Below are positions 1 through 6,491 of a DNA stretch of 13,890 bases, piece by piece. The position numbers and the translations under genes are program-made. This DNA comes from Candidatus Caldarchaeum sp. (lineage in GTDB: Archaea; Thermoproteota; Nitrososphaeria_A; Caldarchaeales; Caldarchaeaceae), in NCBI GenBank assembly GCA_025054515.1, contig JANWZT010000017.1, positions 1-13,890 on the forward strand. The letters run 5' to 3'. Positions within the stretch are counted from its first letter, which is position 1, and each line of letters starts with the position of its first letter. The notes under the pieces are model-generated. The model made no database searches, was not told the DNA's origin, and saw only the letters and a program-made list of their open reading frames with translations.

Positions 1-186
1 TGCCATCTCATAGTCCATCAAAATACCGTGGTCGGTCAGGTCGCCGGTGTGAATCATCACATCCGGCTGAGGGTCGAGGCCGTTGACCAAACGGATACAG
101 CCGTCCAGCATGTCTGGAAGAAACATCCCGTATTTCGAGATATGAGTGTCCGAGATGTGGACAATTCTGAATTCTCTGTCCGGCAT
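1..186 (-). CDS. Metallophosphoesterase (calcineurin-like), N-terminal fragment; the gene continues beyond the left edge
   Basis: My own translation of the minus strand from ATG (184-186) gives MPDREFRIVHISDTHISKYGMFLPDMLDGCIRLVNGLDPQPDVMIHTGDLTDHGILMDYEMA. It contains the metallophosphoesterase motifs I (hISDtH) and II (GDLTD). The frame is open to position 1. It is absent from the supplied ORF track; the listed ORFs 8..358(-) and 28..213(+) are other-frame and antisense readings. Confidence 0.75.
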   Translation of the reverse strand, partial: MPDREFRIVHISDTHISKYGMFLPDMLDGCIRLVNGLDPQPDVMIHTGDLTDHGILMDYEMA

Positions 187-204
187 TACGTAATCTGCGG
201 GACA

Positions 205-223
205 AACCTATGATAAATAGGTT
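205..223. promoter_or_regulatory. Perfect 7-bp inverted repeat (AACCTAT-gataa-ATAGGTT) in the divergent promoter region between the metallophosphoesterase and CoA-binding genes
   Basis: AACCTAT (205-211) is the exact reverse complement of ATAGGTT (217-223). It overlaps an A/T-rich TATA-like stretch about 26 nt upstream of the minus-strand ATG at 186. A role as operator or promoter element is inferred only. Confidence 0.25.
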
Positions 224-270
224 CAAAAATTTGTTAGGGGCGGAAAGTTTTTGATGGGTTATCGGACGAG

Positions 271-687
271 GTGATTCGCGAAATTCTGACGAAGTACAAG
301 AAAATCGCCGTCGTCGGAGCTTCACGGGAGCACACGAAGCCGGCGAACTACGTTCCAAGATTTCTCATGAGGCAAGGATACGAAGTTTTTCCGGTCAATC
401 CGTTCGCGGACGAAATTTTTGGGCAGAAGCCCTACAAGTCGCTGGAAGAAGTTCCGCAGCCCGTGGAAATCGTGGACGTCTTCAGACCCAGCGAAGCCGT
501 TTACGAAGTAGCTGTTGCGGCTGCGAAAATAAGCCCTAAAGTGTTTTGGATGCAGGAGGGAATATATAACAGGGAGGCAGCGGAACTTCTCAAATCAAAG
601 GGTGTGGTCGTCGTCTGGAACAGATGTATGATGAAGGAGCACAACCGTCTATTCCATTCCAAGCCGTTGATACCTCTCGGAAAATAG
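271..687 (+). CDS. CoA-binding domain protein (YccU/YneT-like, CoA_binding_2 type)
   Basis: 138 aa with a GTG start. The N-terminus KKIAVVGASREHTKPANYVPRFLMRQGYEVFPVNP...VDVFRP...KVFWMQEG is the typical single-domain Rossmann-like CoA-binding protein pattern. Confidence 0.85.
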   Translation: MIREILTKYKKIAVVGASREHTKPANYVPRFLMRQGYEVFPVNPFADEIFGQKPYKSLEEVPQPVEIVDVFRPSEAVYEVAVAAAKISPKVFWMQEGIYNREAAELLKSKGVVVVWNRCMMKEHNRLFHSKPLIPLGK

Positions 688-734
688 CTAACATGCGAAG
701 AGCTTAATACACCGTCCGACCAAACTACATCAGA

Positions 735-1820
735 GTGGAAGCCAAGACTCTTGGGCGGGAAGCTGTTTTAGCCAGAAGGCTCATTGACGGCAGGATAGTC
801 TGCACCGCATGCGCCAGATACTGCAGGCTACGGGAGGGGCAGATAGGCCTTTGCGGCGTTCGAGGCGTTTTCGGCGGCAACTTGCGGCTGCTTGTTTACG
901 GCAGAGTTATCACGGGCCACGTTGACCCAATCGAAAAGAAGCCCGTAACCCACTACATGCCCGGCACTAAAATCTTCAGCATAGCTACAACCGGCTGTAA
1001 CTGGCTTTGCGCCTACTGCCAGAACTTCGACATCAGCCAGAGGAGAAAGGTCGAAGGAACGGAAGCATCTCCCGAACACGTCGTAGACCTCGCCCTCAGA
1101 TACGGAAGCGACGGCATAGCCTACACATACAACGAGCCCTCCATCTTCATGGAATACGCCCACGACATAGGAATAGTGGCAAAGAGAAAAGGCCTCATCA
1201 ATATCTTCGTAACCAATGGTTTCTGGACTCCTGACGCGGTGTCGATGGCTTCGGAATTCCTCGACTGCGCCACCGTTGACTTCAAAGGAAGCGGCGAAAA
1301 AGAGTTTGTCCAAAAATTCATCGGAATACCCAGTGCCGACCCGGTCTTCGAAACGCTTCTCGAGATGAAAAGACGCACCAAAATCCACATCGAGATAACA
1401 GACCTCATAGTGCCAGAAATCGGCGACAACCTCGAAGCAGCCCGCCACCTATGCCGATGGGTTTACGAAAACCTCGGACCCGAAACTCCCATACATTTCC
1501 TCCGATTTCACCCCGACTATAAGCTCCTCCATCTGCCTTGGACACCTGTCGAAACTTTGGAACAGCACTGTCGGATAGCCAAAGAAATTGGCCTGCTATA
1601 CGTTTATGTCGGCAACGTTCCCGGACATCCGCTTGAAAACACCTACTGCCCGGGATGCGGTGAAATGGTCGTTGAAAGACACGGCTTCGACATCGTAGAA
1701 TGGAAACTCGTCAAAGACAACCGCTGCCCGAAATGCGGATACAGGGTTCACATCGTCGGCAAACCTCCAACACGACGGGTATCTGCATCGCGAAGGTTCA
1801 TCCCCGTGGATTTGGGATAG
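735..1820 (+). CDS. amrS: AmmeMemoRadiSam system radical SAM enzyme (PflA-like activase fold)
   Basis: 361 aa with a GTG start. It has the radical SAM CX3CX2C cluster motif CNWLCAYC (C88/C92/C95). The N-terminal cysteine-rich segment DGRIVCTACARYCRLREGQIGLCGVRG is typical of this family. There is a C-terminal CPGC...CPKC zinc-ribbon-like pair. Confidence 0.85.
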   Translation: MEAKTLGREAVLARRLIDGRIVCTACARYCRLREGQIGLCGVRGVFGGNLRLLVYGRVITGHVDPIEKKPVTHYMPGTKIFSIATTGCNWLCAYCQNFDISQRRKVEGTEASPEHVVDLALRYGSDGIAYTYNEPSIFMEYAHDIGIVAKRKGLINIFVTNGFWTPDAVSMASEFLDCATVDFKGSGEKEFVQKFIGIPSADPVFETLLEMKRRTKIHIEITDLIVPEIGDNLEAARHLCRWVYENLGPETPIHFLRFHPDYKLLHLPWTPVETLEQHCRIAKEIGLLYVYVGNVPGHPLENTYCPGCGEMVVERHGFDIVEWKLVKDNRCPKCGYRVHIVGKPPTRRVSASRRFIPVDLG

Positions 1821-1917
1821 CCCTGGCGGGGCTTTGAACCCCGGACTTCGGCGCCCCGAGACTACGAGGCTCTACCGCTTACCAAGCGGTCGCTCCACCA
1901 GGCTGAGCTACCAGGGC
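1819..1917 (-). tRNA. tRNA-Thr (anticodon GGU) with a 25-nt intron at a non-canonical position (about 45/46, variable loop)
   Basis: The minus strand reads GCCCTGG TA GCTC AGCCTGGTG GAGC G ACCGC TTGGTAA GCGGT AG[25 nt]GTC CGGGG TTCAAAG CCCCG CCAGGGC T. All four stems are Watson-Crick. The mature length is 74 nt, the discriminator is U, and no CCA is encoded. A TATA-like TATTTAAG lies on the minus strand at 1942-1949, about 28 nt upstream. The 3' end overlaps the amrS stop codon by 2 nt. Confidence 0.85.
1847..1871 (-). other. tRNA-Thr(GGU) intron with bulge-helix-bulge motif
   Basis: The intron reads A GCCTCG tagtct CGGGGC GCCG AA. The central 4-bp helix is CGGT (exon 1) with GCCG (intron 3' part). 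The flanking 3-nt bulges are AGA and AAG. The inner 6-bp hairpin is GCCTCG/CGGGGC. Cutting after the second bulge nucleotide on both sides yields the standard variable loop AGGTC. Confidence 0.75.
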
Positions 1918-1955
1918 CTGATTCTGTCTTGTTCGTGGTTTCTTAAATAGGTCTC

Positions 1956-3134
1956 CTATGAAATGACGCCGTACCGGTAGGTTTTTTCGGCGAGTTTCTT
2001 TTCCACGAACCTTTTTTCGTCGAGGAAGGACGGTTCTATGATGTGTTGTTTTTTGCCGAGGATGATGTTGGAGGAGTGCATGCCTATGGCTGGAGCCAGT
2101 TTGAACCCATGTCCGCTCATTCCAACGGCGTTGAAGAGGTTTTCATAATGCCTCGAAAAACCGACCACCGGAAGCCAGTCGGGCGTTACGTCGTAAAGCC
2201 CAACCCATCCGCCGGCGAACTCGGCTTTGGCAAAGTCGGGGAACCTGTTTGAAACCGCGTCGCCGTACCTGCCCGCGGTGTCGATGCCGACTTTTTCTTC
2301 GAGGTTGAAGGCCGACGGGGTTTTCCCTGGATTTTCGGTGTCGGGATTTATGCTGCCCATGTAGGTGTGGTGGTCTGCGAAAGGCCGCATGTAAAAGTTG
2401 TTTGGAAGGTCGCCGACGACGGGATGAAGCCCCCGCAGATTTTCGGGCCTTTTCCAAACAACGATTTCCTCCTTCATGATGGCGACTGGAACCTCTGCAC
2501 CCAACATTGCGAGAAAATCGTTACACCAAACACCCGTGGCGTTGACTACGACATCGGCCTCAAAATATCCCGAAGAGGTTTCCAACCTTTCAACTCTTCT
2601 GCCATCTGCTTTAACCGATTTGACTTCACATTTTTCAAACAATTTCGCACCGTTGGTCACGGCGGCCGACGAAAAAGTCTGCGCCGTGGCTACTGGGTCG
2701 GCGTAGCCTGATTCGGGTTCGTAGGCGGCCGCCGCCATCCCGGTTGAGGACACATAGGGGAGAATCTGGCGAACCTCATCGGGTTGAAGGATTCTGCTGT
2801 TTACTCCCACGCTTCTCTGCATATCCACGTTCTTCCTCAGACCATCATAATCCTCTGGCCCGACGAACATCATAAACCCAACGGCTGTGAAACCCGAAGG
2901 CCCTCCAACCAGCTTTTCCATGTCTTTGAGAACACGCCAGCTTTCAAGCGCCATTTTTGTAATCTCGGGAGTGCTGTAGTGAAGGCGGACGACGGCGGTC
3001 GACCTGCCGGTCTGACCCCATCCAACCCAGTTCCTTTCCAACAGAGCGACCCTGCCAGCGCCGTTGGCTGAAAGATAATACGCTATACTTGTTCCCGTCG
3101 AGCCTCCGCCGACGACAACCACGTCGAAACGCAT
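1956..3134 (-). CDS. FAD-dependent oxidoreductase, DAO family (sarcosine oxidase beta / D-amino-acid dehydrogenase-like)
   Basis: 392 aa. The N-terminal dinucleotide fold is MRFDVVVVGGGSTGTSIAYYLS...VALLER. The C-terminal GHGFKLAPAIG segment is typical of DAO-type flavoproteins. There is no CxxxxC redox-disulfide motif, so it is not a dihydrolipoamide dehydrogenase (E3). Confidence 0.85.
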   Translation of the reverse strand: MRFDVVVVGGGSTGTSIAYYLSANGAGRVALLERNWVGWGQTGRSTAVVRLHYSTPEITKMALESWRVLKDMEKLVGGPSGFTAVGFMMFVGPEDYDGLRKNVDMQRSVGVNSRILQPDEVRQILPYVSSTGMAAAAYEPESGYADPVATAQTFSSAAVTNGAKLFEKCEVKSVKADGRRVERLETSSGYFEADVVVNATGVWCNDFLAMLGAEVPVAIMKEEIVVWKRPENLRGLHPVVGDLPNNFYMRPFADHHTYMGSINPDTENPGKTPSAFNLEEKVGIDTAGRYGDAVSNRFPDFAKAEFAGGWVGLYDVTPDWLPVVGFSRHYENLFNAVGMSGHGFKLAPAIGMHSSNIILGKKQHIIEPSFLDEKRFVEKKLAEKTYRYGVIS

Positions 3135-3170
3135 GCAGGAAACCAGCTATCCCTTCTAATTACCTTAAAA

Positions 3171-3190
3171 AGCAACCACGGATGGTTGCT
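3171..3190. promoter_or_regulatory. Perfect 8-bp inverted repeat or hairpin (AGCAACCA-cgga-TGGTTGCT) between the shared TATA-like CCTTAAAAAG and the start of the 107-aa gene
   Basis: AGCAACCA (3171-3178) is the exact reverse complement of TGGTTGCT (3183-3190). It lies between the A/T box at 3163-3171 and the ATG at 3198, which is a classic operator position. The function is inferred. Confidence 0.3.
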
Positions 3191-3197
3191 TCCGAAA

Positions 3198-3521
3198 ATG
3201 CCCACGTACACTTACGAAGCGGTCCTCGTCCCGCCCGAGGCCGCTGAAAAAGCTCGACAACGCCAGAAGGCCGTACGCATCAGCTACTGGAAGATGTTCG
3301 GGGACGAACCGCCGGGTTGGCTTGTCGGAACAGGTTACTTGGACGGAAACAGGTTCATTCTCGAAGAAGAGTTCATCACACGCGAAATCGTCGTCAAAAC
3401 CCAGACATTCGGATTCATCGCCTTCCAAAAACCCATGCAGGGAGACATCGTCGACAGGGGCTGGATACTTACCTTCTGCGAAAAAATCGAATACGACGGA
3501 AGACGATGTGTAATTTCGTAA
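3198..3521 (+). CDS. Hypothetical protein (107 aa from the ATG; the ORF track extends it to a TTG at 3186)
   Basis: The open frame has balanced, non-repetitive composition (MPTYTYEAVLVPPEAAEKARQRQKAVRISYWKMFGDEPPGW...). It fills an otherwise empty gap and sits on the same strand immediately upstream of the lipoyl-domain gene. I recognise no motif. Confidence 0.55.
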   Translation: MPTYTYEAVLVPPEAAEKARQRQKAVRISYWKMFGDEPPGWLVGTGYLDGNRFILEEEFITREIVVKTQTFGFIAFQKPMQGDIVDRGWILTFCEKIEYDGRRCVIS

Positions 3522-3530
3522 CCAAAAATC

Positions 3531-3538
3531 TATATATA
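3531..3538 (+). promoter_or_regulatory. TATA box (TATATATA) for the lipoyl-domain gene
   Basis: An A/T octamer is centred about 33 nt upstream of the ATG at 3568. This is consistent with an archaeal promoter giving a leader of only a few nucleotides. Confidence 0.45.
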
Positions 3539-3567
3539 GGAATCAACAGCCGACACCGTCAGCCGCT

Positions 3568-3813
3568 ATGACTGAAGTTGTTGAATTCATCTTTCCAAGA
3601 ATTGATGTAGCGATGGATTCTGGCAAGATTCTCGAATGGAGGAAGAAGGAGGGGGATGATATAAAACGGGGTGAGGTTGTGGTTGTGGTCGAGACCGAGA
3701 AGGCCGCGGTCGAAATTCCTTCGGAAGTGGATGGAAAGCTGTTGAAAATTCTGCGGAAAGAAGGCGAAGAGGTCAAGGTGGGCGAAGTTATCGCGGAAAT
3801 GCAGAAGAGATGA
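3568..3813 (+). CDS. Stand-alone lipoyl-attachment domain protein (E2-type lipoyl domain only)
   Basis: 81 aa. GKILEWRKKEGDDIKRGEVVVVVETEKAAVEIPSEVDGKLLKILRKEGEEVKVGEVIAEM matches the E2 lipoyl-domain pattern. The candidate lipoyl-lysine is K45 (AAG at 3700-3702) in ETEKA, a D-to-E variant of ETDKA. No subunit-binding or acyltransferase domain follows, because the ORF ends at 3813. Confidence 0.85.
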   Translation: MTEVVEFIFPRIDVAMDSGKILEWRKKEGDDIKRGEVVVVVETEKAAVEIPSEVDGKLLKILRKEGEEVKVGEVIAEMQKR

Positions 3814-4812
3814 CTATTTCACAAGTTTTTTCACGGCGTCGACGATTTTTTCCGCCGAAACCATGTACTGTTTCTCGAGAGGCTGTGACTGAGGGGCGGG
3901 CATCGGCGGCGAATTAACGCGGATGATGGGGCCTTCCAGCGCATCTAATGCATATTCGGCGACGTAGGCCGCTACTTCGGCGGAAATTCCGCCCGTCTTG
4001 ACGCTGTCTTCCGCTATGACGAGCCGGTTCGTTTTCCGCACCGACTGAACGACCGTCTCATAGTCCATGGGTTGGATGGTTCGGAGGTCGACGACTTCGG
4101 CGTTGATTCCCTCTTGTTCAAGTGTTTTGGATGCGGCGATTGCTTCGGAAACTGTTCGAGAAACGGCCACGACCGTTACGTCGTCTCCTCTTCTCTTGAC
4201 ATCTGCTTTCCCGAGCGGAATCAAATATTCTTCCTGCGGCACGGCCCCCTTGTAGCCGTAGTAGTTTTTGTTAACGTAGAGCGCTCCTGATTCGATGAAG
4301 AGAACGGGGTCGTCGTCGCGGATGGCTGATTTGAGAAGGCCCTTCGCGTCGTATGGTGTGGATGGGAGGACGATTTTGAGTCCCGGTGCTTGAAGAAAGC
4401 TTGCGGCGAAAAACTGTGTGTGCTGACTGCCGTAGGACCTGCCGAGGCTGTATTGGGTTCTTATCACGAGGGGAAGCTTTAATTGGCCGCCGGAGGTGAA
4501 CCGTATTTTCGAAGCATGTGTGACGATTTGGTCGAAAGCGATTCCGGCGAAGTCGAAGAACATGATTTCGGCGACAGGCCGGAGGCCGTTGAGCGCCGCC
4601 CCGATGGCCGCACCAACGATGGCTATCTCTGATATCGGTGTGTCCATCACCCGCGAAGGCCCAAACTCCTTGAGAAGGTCTTTCGTTACCTTGTACACTC
4701 CGCCCGACAAAGCAACTTCTTCGCCGAAAACGACCACCGAACCATCCCGTCGCATCTCCTCCTTCAAAGCTTCATTCAAAGCTTCCACATAGGTCAGCTC
4801 ACGCACAGACAC
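3814..4812 (-). CDS. 2-oxoacid (pyruvate / branched-chain / acetoin type) dehydrogenase E1 component, beta subunit
   Basis: 332 aa with a GTG start. The transketolase-like pyrimidine-binding region is FGEEVA..GGVYKVTKDLLKEFGPSRVMDTPISEIAIVGAAIGAALNGLRPVAEIMFFDF. A C-terminal transketolase-C-like domain follows. It lies directly downstream of E1 alpha with a 6-nt gap. Confidence 0.9.
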   Translation of the reverse strand: MSVRELTYVEALNEALKEEMRRDGSVVVFGEEVALSGGVYKVTKDLLKEFGPSRVMDTPISEIAIVGAAIGAALNGLRPVAEIMFFDFAGIAFDQIVTHASKIRFTSGGQLKLPLVIRTQYSLGRSYGSQHTQFFAASFLQAPGLKIVLPSTPYDAKGLLKSAIRDDDPVLFIESGALYVNKNYYGYKGAVPQEEYLIPLGKADVKRRGDDVTVVAVSRTVSEAIAASKTLEQEGINAEVVDLRTIQPMDYETVVQSVRKTNRLVIAEDSVKTGGISAEVAAYVAEYALDALEGPIIRVNSPPMPAPQSQPLEKQYMVSAEKIVDAVKKLVK

Positions 4813-4818
4813 CCGGCA

Positions 4819-5817
4819 TCACGCCTCCGAAGAGTAAACGTATTTCTGCAACGACGCAAAGTCAGCGACCGGAGAGTTAAGCACCTCATCGGCGACCTTG
4901 TCCAGTTCTTGAGCGATTTCCTGTTCCATAATTTTTCTGCTCTCTTCGGTGATTAGGCCGTCTTGCTTAAGACGGTTGAACAGGAGCTCTATTGGGTCGC
5001 GTGCCAACCATTCATCGAGTTCTTCGCGGGGCCTGTACCATGTTCCAAGGTCGTATCCGCCATGGCCCTTCTGCCGATAGGTTAAACATTCCAAAAAAGC
5101 CGGCCCTCCTCCTTCACGGATGTGGTTAGTGGCTTCAAGCGTTCTGTGATAAACTTCGACAACGTCGTTTCCGTTAACCCTGAAGGCCTTGATCCCATAA
5201 CACGAGGCCCTAGATGCTATGGATTCTCCGGCAAAAACCCTGGAGAAAGCCGTCGTCATAGCGTAGAGGTTGTTTTCGCAGACGAAGAGGACGGGTAGGC
5301 TCCATACGGACGCGAGGTTGAGTGCTTCGTGGAAGGCTCCTGTGTTGACCGCTCCATCGCCGAAGAAGGCTACAGCGATATTCCTGCTGTTGCGGTTTTT
5401 AAACCCCAGAGCGACCCCCACCGCTATAGGGATGCCGCTTCCAACGATCGCTGTCGCGAATAGAATTTTCTTTTCAACGCTGATGGGCGCATGCATCGAA
5501 CCGCCGAGGCCTTTGCAGGTGCCGACAGCCCTTCCCAATATCTCGCCAAGGACAGCCTTCATCGGAACGCCTCGCGCGATCCCGTGTCCGTGTCCTCTGT
5601 ATGTTGAAATTATGATGTCGTCTCGGTCGAGGGCTTCTATCACTCCAACAGCAACGGCCTCTTGACCGATGTAAAGATGCGTGGGGCCAGCGATTTTTCC
5701 TTCACGGTAAAGCCTTTCAACCTTCTCCTCGAACATCCTCAACTCCAGCATCTTTCGGAAAAACTGAAGGAGTTTCTCGCCACTCAGGGCGTATCCTACT
5801 TCAGTCTTCATGTTCAC
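4819..5817 (-). CDS. 2-oxoacid dehydrogenase E1 component, alpha subunit (thiamine diphosphate dependent)
   Basis: 332 aa. The ThDP-binding motif is GDGAVNTGAFHEALNLASVWSLPVLFVCENN (GDG-26 residues-NN), and YRGHGHG is present. A second in-frame ATG at 5809-5811 fits better with a TATA-like TTTAAATG on the minus strand at 5833-5840, so the true start may be 6 nt further in. Confidence 0.9.
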   Translation of the reverse strand: MNMKTEVGYALSGEKLLQFFRKMLELRMFEEKVERLYREGKIAGPTHLYIGQEAVAVGVIEALDRDDIIISTYRGHGHGIARGVPMKAVLGEILGRAVGTCKGLGGSMHAPISVEKKILFATAIVGSGIPIAVGVALGFKNRNSRNIAVAFFGDGAVNTGAFHEALNLASVWSLPVLFVCENNLYAMTTAFSRVFAGESIASRASCYGIKAFRVNGNDVVEVYHRTLEATNHIREGGGPAFLECLTYRQKGHGGYDLGTWYRPREELDEWLARDPIELLFNRLKQDGLITEESRKIMEQEIAQELDKVADEVLNSPVADFASLQKYVYSSEA

Positions 5818-5842
5818 GCAAGATATGCTGAATCATTTAAAG

Positions 5843-6109
5843 TTAGTAGACGTCGCCGTGTTGCCTTATTTTTTCGTCTTCGTAGGGCGCGATTCTCCTA
5901 CGGTAGAGTTCGTGCGATACGGCTGACAAGACTCCCAACGCTCTGTTGTAGTTGAAGTAACTCGGTGAATAGAGGCCGGCTATCAACCGGGTAATCACGT
6001 AGTTCAGCTTTCCGTCAAGCTTCTCAACAGGTCCTTCGCTTAGCTTAGCAATCAGAGCCGCAACCAACGGCTCCAGTTCTTTCCTTTCATCACGAGGAAT
6101 GTAGGGCAT
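5843..6109 (-). CDS. Small conserved hypothetical protein (88 aa), immediately upstream of E1 alpha on the same strand
   Basis: The sequence is MPYIPRDERKELEPLVAALIAKL...GKLNYVITRLIAGLY...YFNYNRALGVLSAVSHELYRRRIAPYEDEKIRQHGDVY. From memory, the MPYIP...LNY.IT.L...ELYRR..APYED.K...GDVY pattern resembles a family of small uncharacterised proteins in prokaryotes and phages. I cannot name the family or a function. Confidence 0.7.
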   Translation of the reverse strand: MPYIPRDERKELEPLVAALIAKLSEGPVEKLDGKLNYVITRLIAGLYSPSYFNYNRALGVLSAVSHELYRRRIAPYEDEKIRQHGDVY

Positions 6110-6176
6110 GTAAAGAATGAAAGGGACAAGATAATAAGCCTAAAAAACATAAGTACCTCCGTCGCCATCTTCTTTC

Positions 6177-6443
6177 ATGGATTTCGTAACCCTGATTAAG
6201 TTTCGGAGAAAGCTGACCAAAGACGACGTCTCAAAAACAGACCAGATAATCAAGTCCAACCCATCCGTAAAAGTGCGGGAAATGCTGTGGACTTTCGGCC
6301 AATATGATGGATTGTTGGTCGCCGAAGCACCCGACGTCGATACATACATGCAGTTTGTGCTACAGTTTTCCGACTATTTGGCGACCGAAACTCTCGTCGC
6401 TGTTCCCCGCGAAAAAGCCCTCAAATTAGCGGGCCTGAGGTAG
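6177..6443 (+). CDS. GYD domain-containing protein
   Basis: 88 aa. The GYD-family signature region is WTFGQYDGLLVAEAPDVDTYMQFVLQFS...ETLVAVPREKA. Size and layout are typical of the family. Confidence 0.8.
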   Translation: MDFVTLIKFRRKLTKDDVSKTDQIIKSNPSVKVREMLWTFGQYDGLLVAEAPDVDTYMQFVLQFSDYLATETLVAVPREKALKLAGLR

Positions 6444-6491
6444 AAAGAGGAAAAACCATTAAACCGAGCGACGGTAGTTAATGGCAGACAG

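Noticed and set aside
54-60. Additional C-box-like heptamers (GTGATGA on the minus strand at 54-60; ATGATGA at 629-635; minus-strand copies near 3373-3379 and 6637-6643)
   Set aside because: All lie inside coding sequences. They lack a correctly spaced CTGA D box and a terminal stem, so they are chance occurrences of a short motif.
8-358. 116-aa minus-strand ORF (and 28..213 plus-strand ORF) at the left edge
   Set aside because: The sequence is Arg/Pro/Ser-rich with no motifs. It spans the promoter region and the start of the CoA-binding gene. The third minus-strand frame (1-186) gives a clean metallophosphoesterase N-terminus, so these are frame shadows.
828-1448. 206-aa and 102-aa antisense ORFs inside the radical SAM gene
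   Set aside because: They lie entirely within, and antisense to, a well-supported CDS. Their composition is biased (V/G/A/F-rich mirror of the sense codons), and they have no motifs or independent promoter.
1956-3134. The flavoprotein as the missing E3 (dihydrolipoamide dehydrogenase)
   Set aside because: The sequence has the DAO-type layout. It lacks the N-terminal CxxxxC redox-active disulfide and the second NAD-binding GxGxxG of E3 enzymes. Any lipoyl-related role would be non-canonical and is unsupported.
5270-5665. 131-aa ORF antisense to E1 alpha, with similar antisense ORFs in E1 beta (4496..4792), hisC (8517..8744), the sugar dehydrogenase (9929..10463) and the aminopeptidase (11236..11778, 13164..13499)
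   Set aside because: All are embedded opposite strongly supported genes. They are typical long antisense frames of a genome of about 50% GC and show no recognisable domains.
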